The notes under the pieces: generated by a model
The model's input: the letters and a program-made list of their open reading frames with translations, nothing else
What the model was told of the DNA's origin: nothing
Databases searched by the model: none
Part shown: positions 63,951-64,000 of the stretch, in pieces
How positions within the stretch are numbered: the first letter of the stretch is position 1
Layout: each line of letters opens with the position of its first letter
Translations under genes and position numbers: made by a program
Source: Dehalococcoidia bacterium
Lineage (GTDB): Bacteria; Chloroflexota; Dehalococcoidia; Lucifugimonadales; UBA1123
Length of the DNA stretch: 64,000 nt
Reading direction: 5' to 3'
Assembly: GCA_965116415.1 (NCBI GenBank)
Contig: OZ220693.1
Coordinates: 2,488,806-2,552,805 of the forward strand

Positions 63951-64000
63951 CCCCCTCTCCCTCAGGGCCTGCCCCGGACTTGATCCGGGGGAGAGGGTTG
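63951..64000. repeat. REP type-B unit, truncated by the window end
   Basis: ccccctctccctcagggcctgccccggacttgatccgggggagagggttg. Confidence 0.8.

Overview
High-G+C (about 63-70% in sampled lines) bacterial chromosomal window, densely coding, with no rRNA, tRNA or CRISPR array that I could find. A Chloroflexota/SAR202-like, possibly host-associated origin is only an inference from gene content. Left half (0-23 kb): secreted and surface proteins. These are an HExxH metallopeptidase-like protein, an idealised TPR lipoprotein, a DUF2207-like membrane protein, a complete 8-gene MoxR/DUF58/BatA-E aerotolerance-type operon, and a minus-strand operon. That operon encodes a 2467-aa lipoprotein (S8 protease, FN3, LRR, cadherin-like, 7 CARDB repeats) followed by two ankyrin-repeat lipoproteins, one with a (TPEP)~46 linker. 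Middle (23-44 kb): an orphan histidine kinase and catabolic enzymes (LLM oxidoreductase, amidohydrolase, SDR). A 6.8-kb module (two-component system, PspC, HlyD-like adaptor, FtsX/MacB-type permease, second PspC) is bounded by 53-bp direct repeats that duplicate the 3' end of a truncated TrkH-like gene. A 1358-aa Cys-capped, plant-type LRR protein follows. Right half (42-64 kb): a CMD-family protein, NERD and DUF433 genes, and one IS element with 21-bp inverted repeats. It also holds lactonases, a peptide-type ABC importer without ATPase genes, acyl-CoA dehydrogenase, Uma2, HAD, a phosphotriesterase-like protein and an MFS transporter, plus at least 10 copies of a composite REP/MITE-like intergenic repeat. 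The most interesting locus is a low-G+C three-gene island (53.4-58.6 kb). It encodes an HTH/DUF2442 protein, a DNA methyltransferase and an 861-aa GHKL-ATPase::PD-(D/E)xK nuclease fusion, which I propose as a candidate uncharacterised ATP-dependent restriction/defence system. All calls rest on reading the translated ORFs and DNA by eye. No database search was run.
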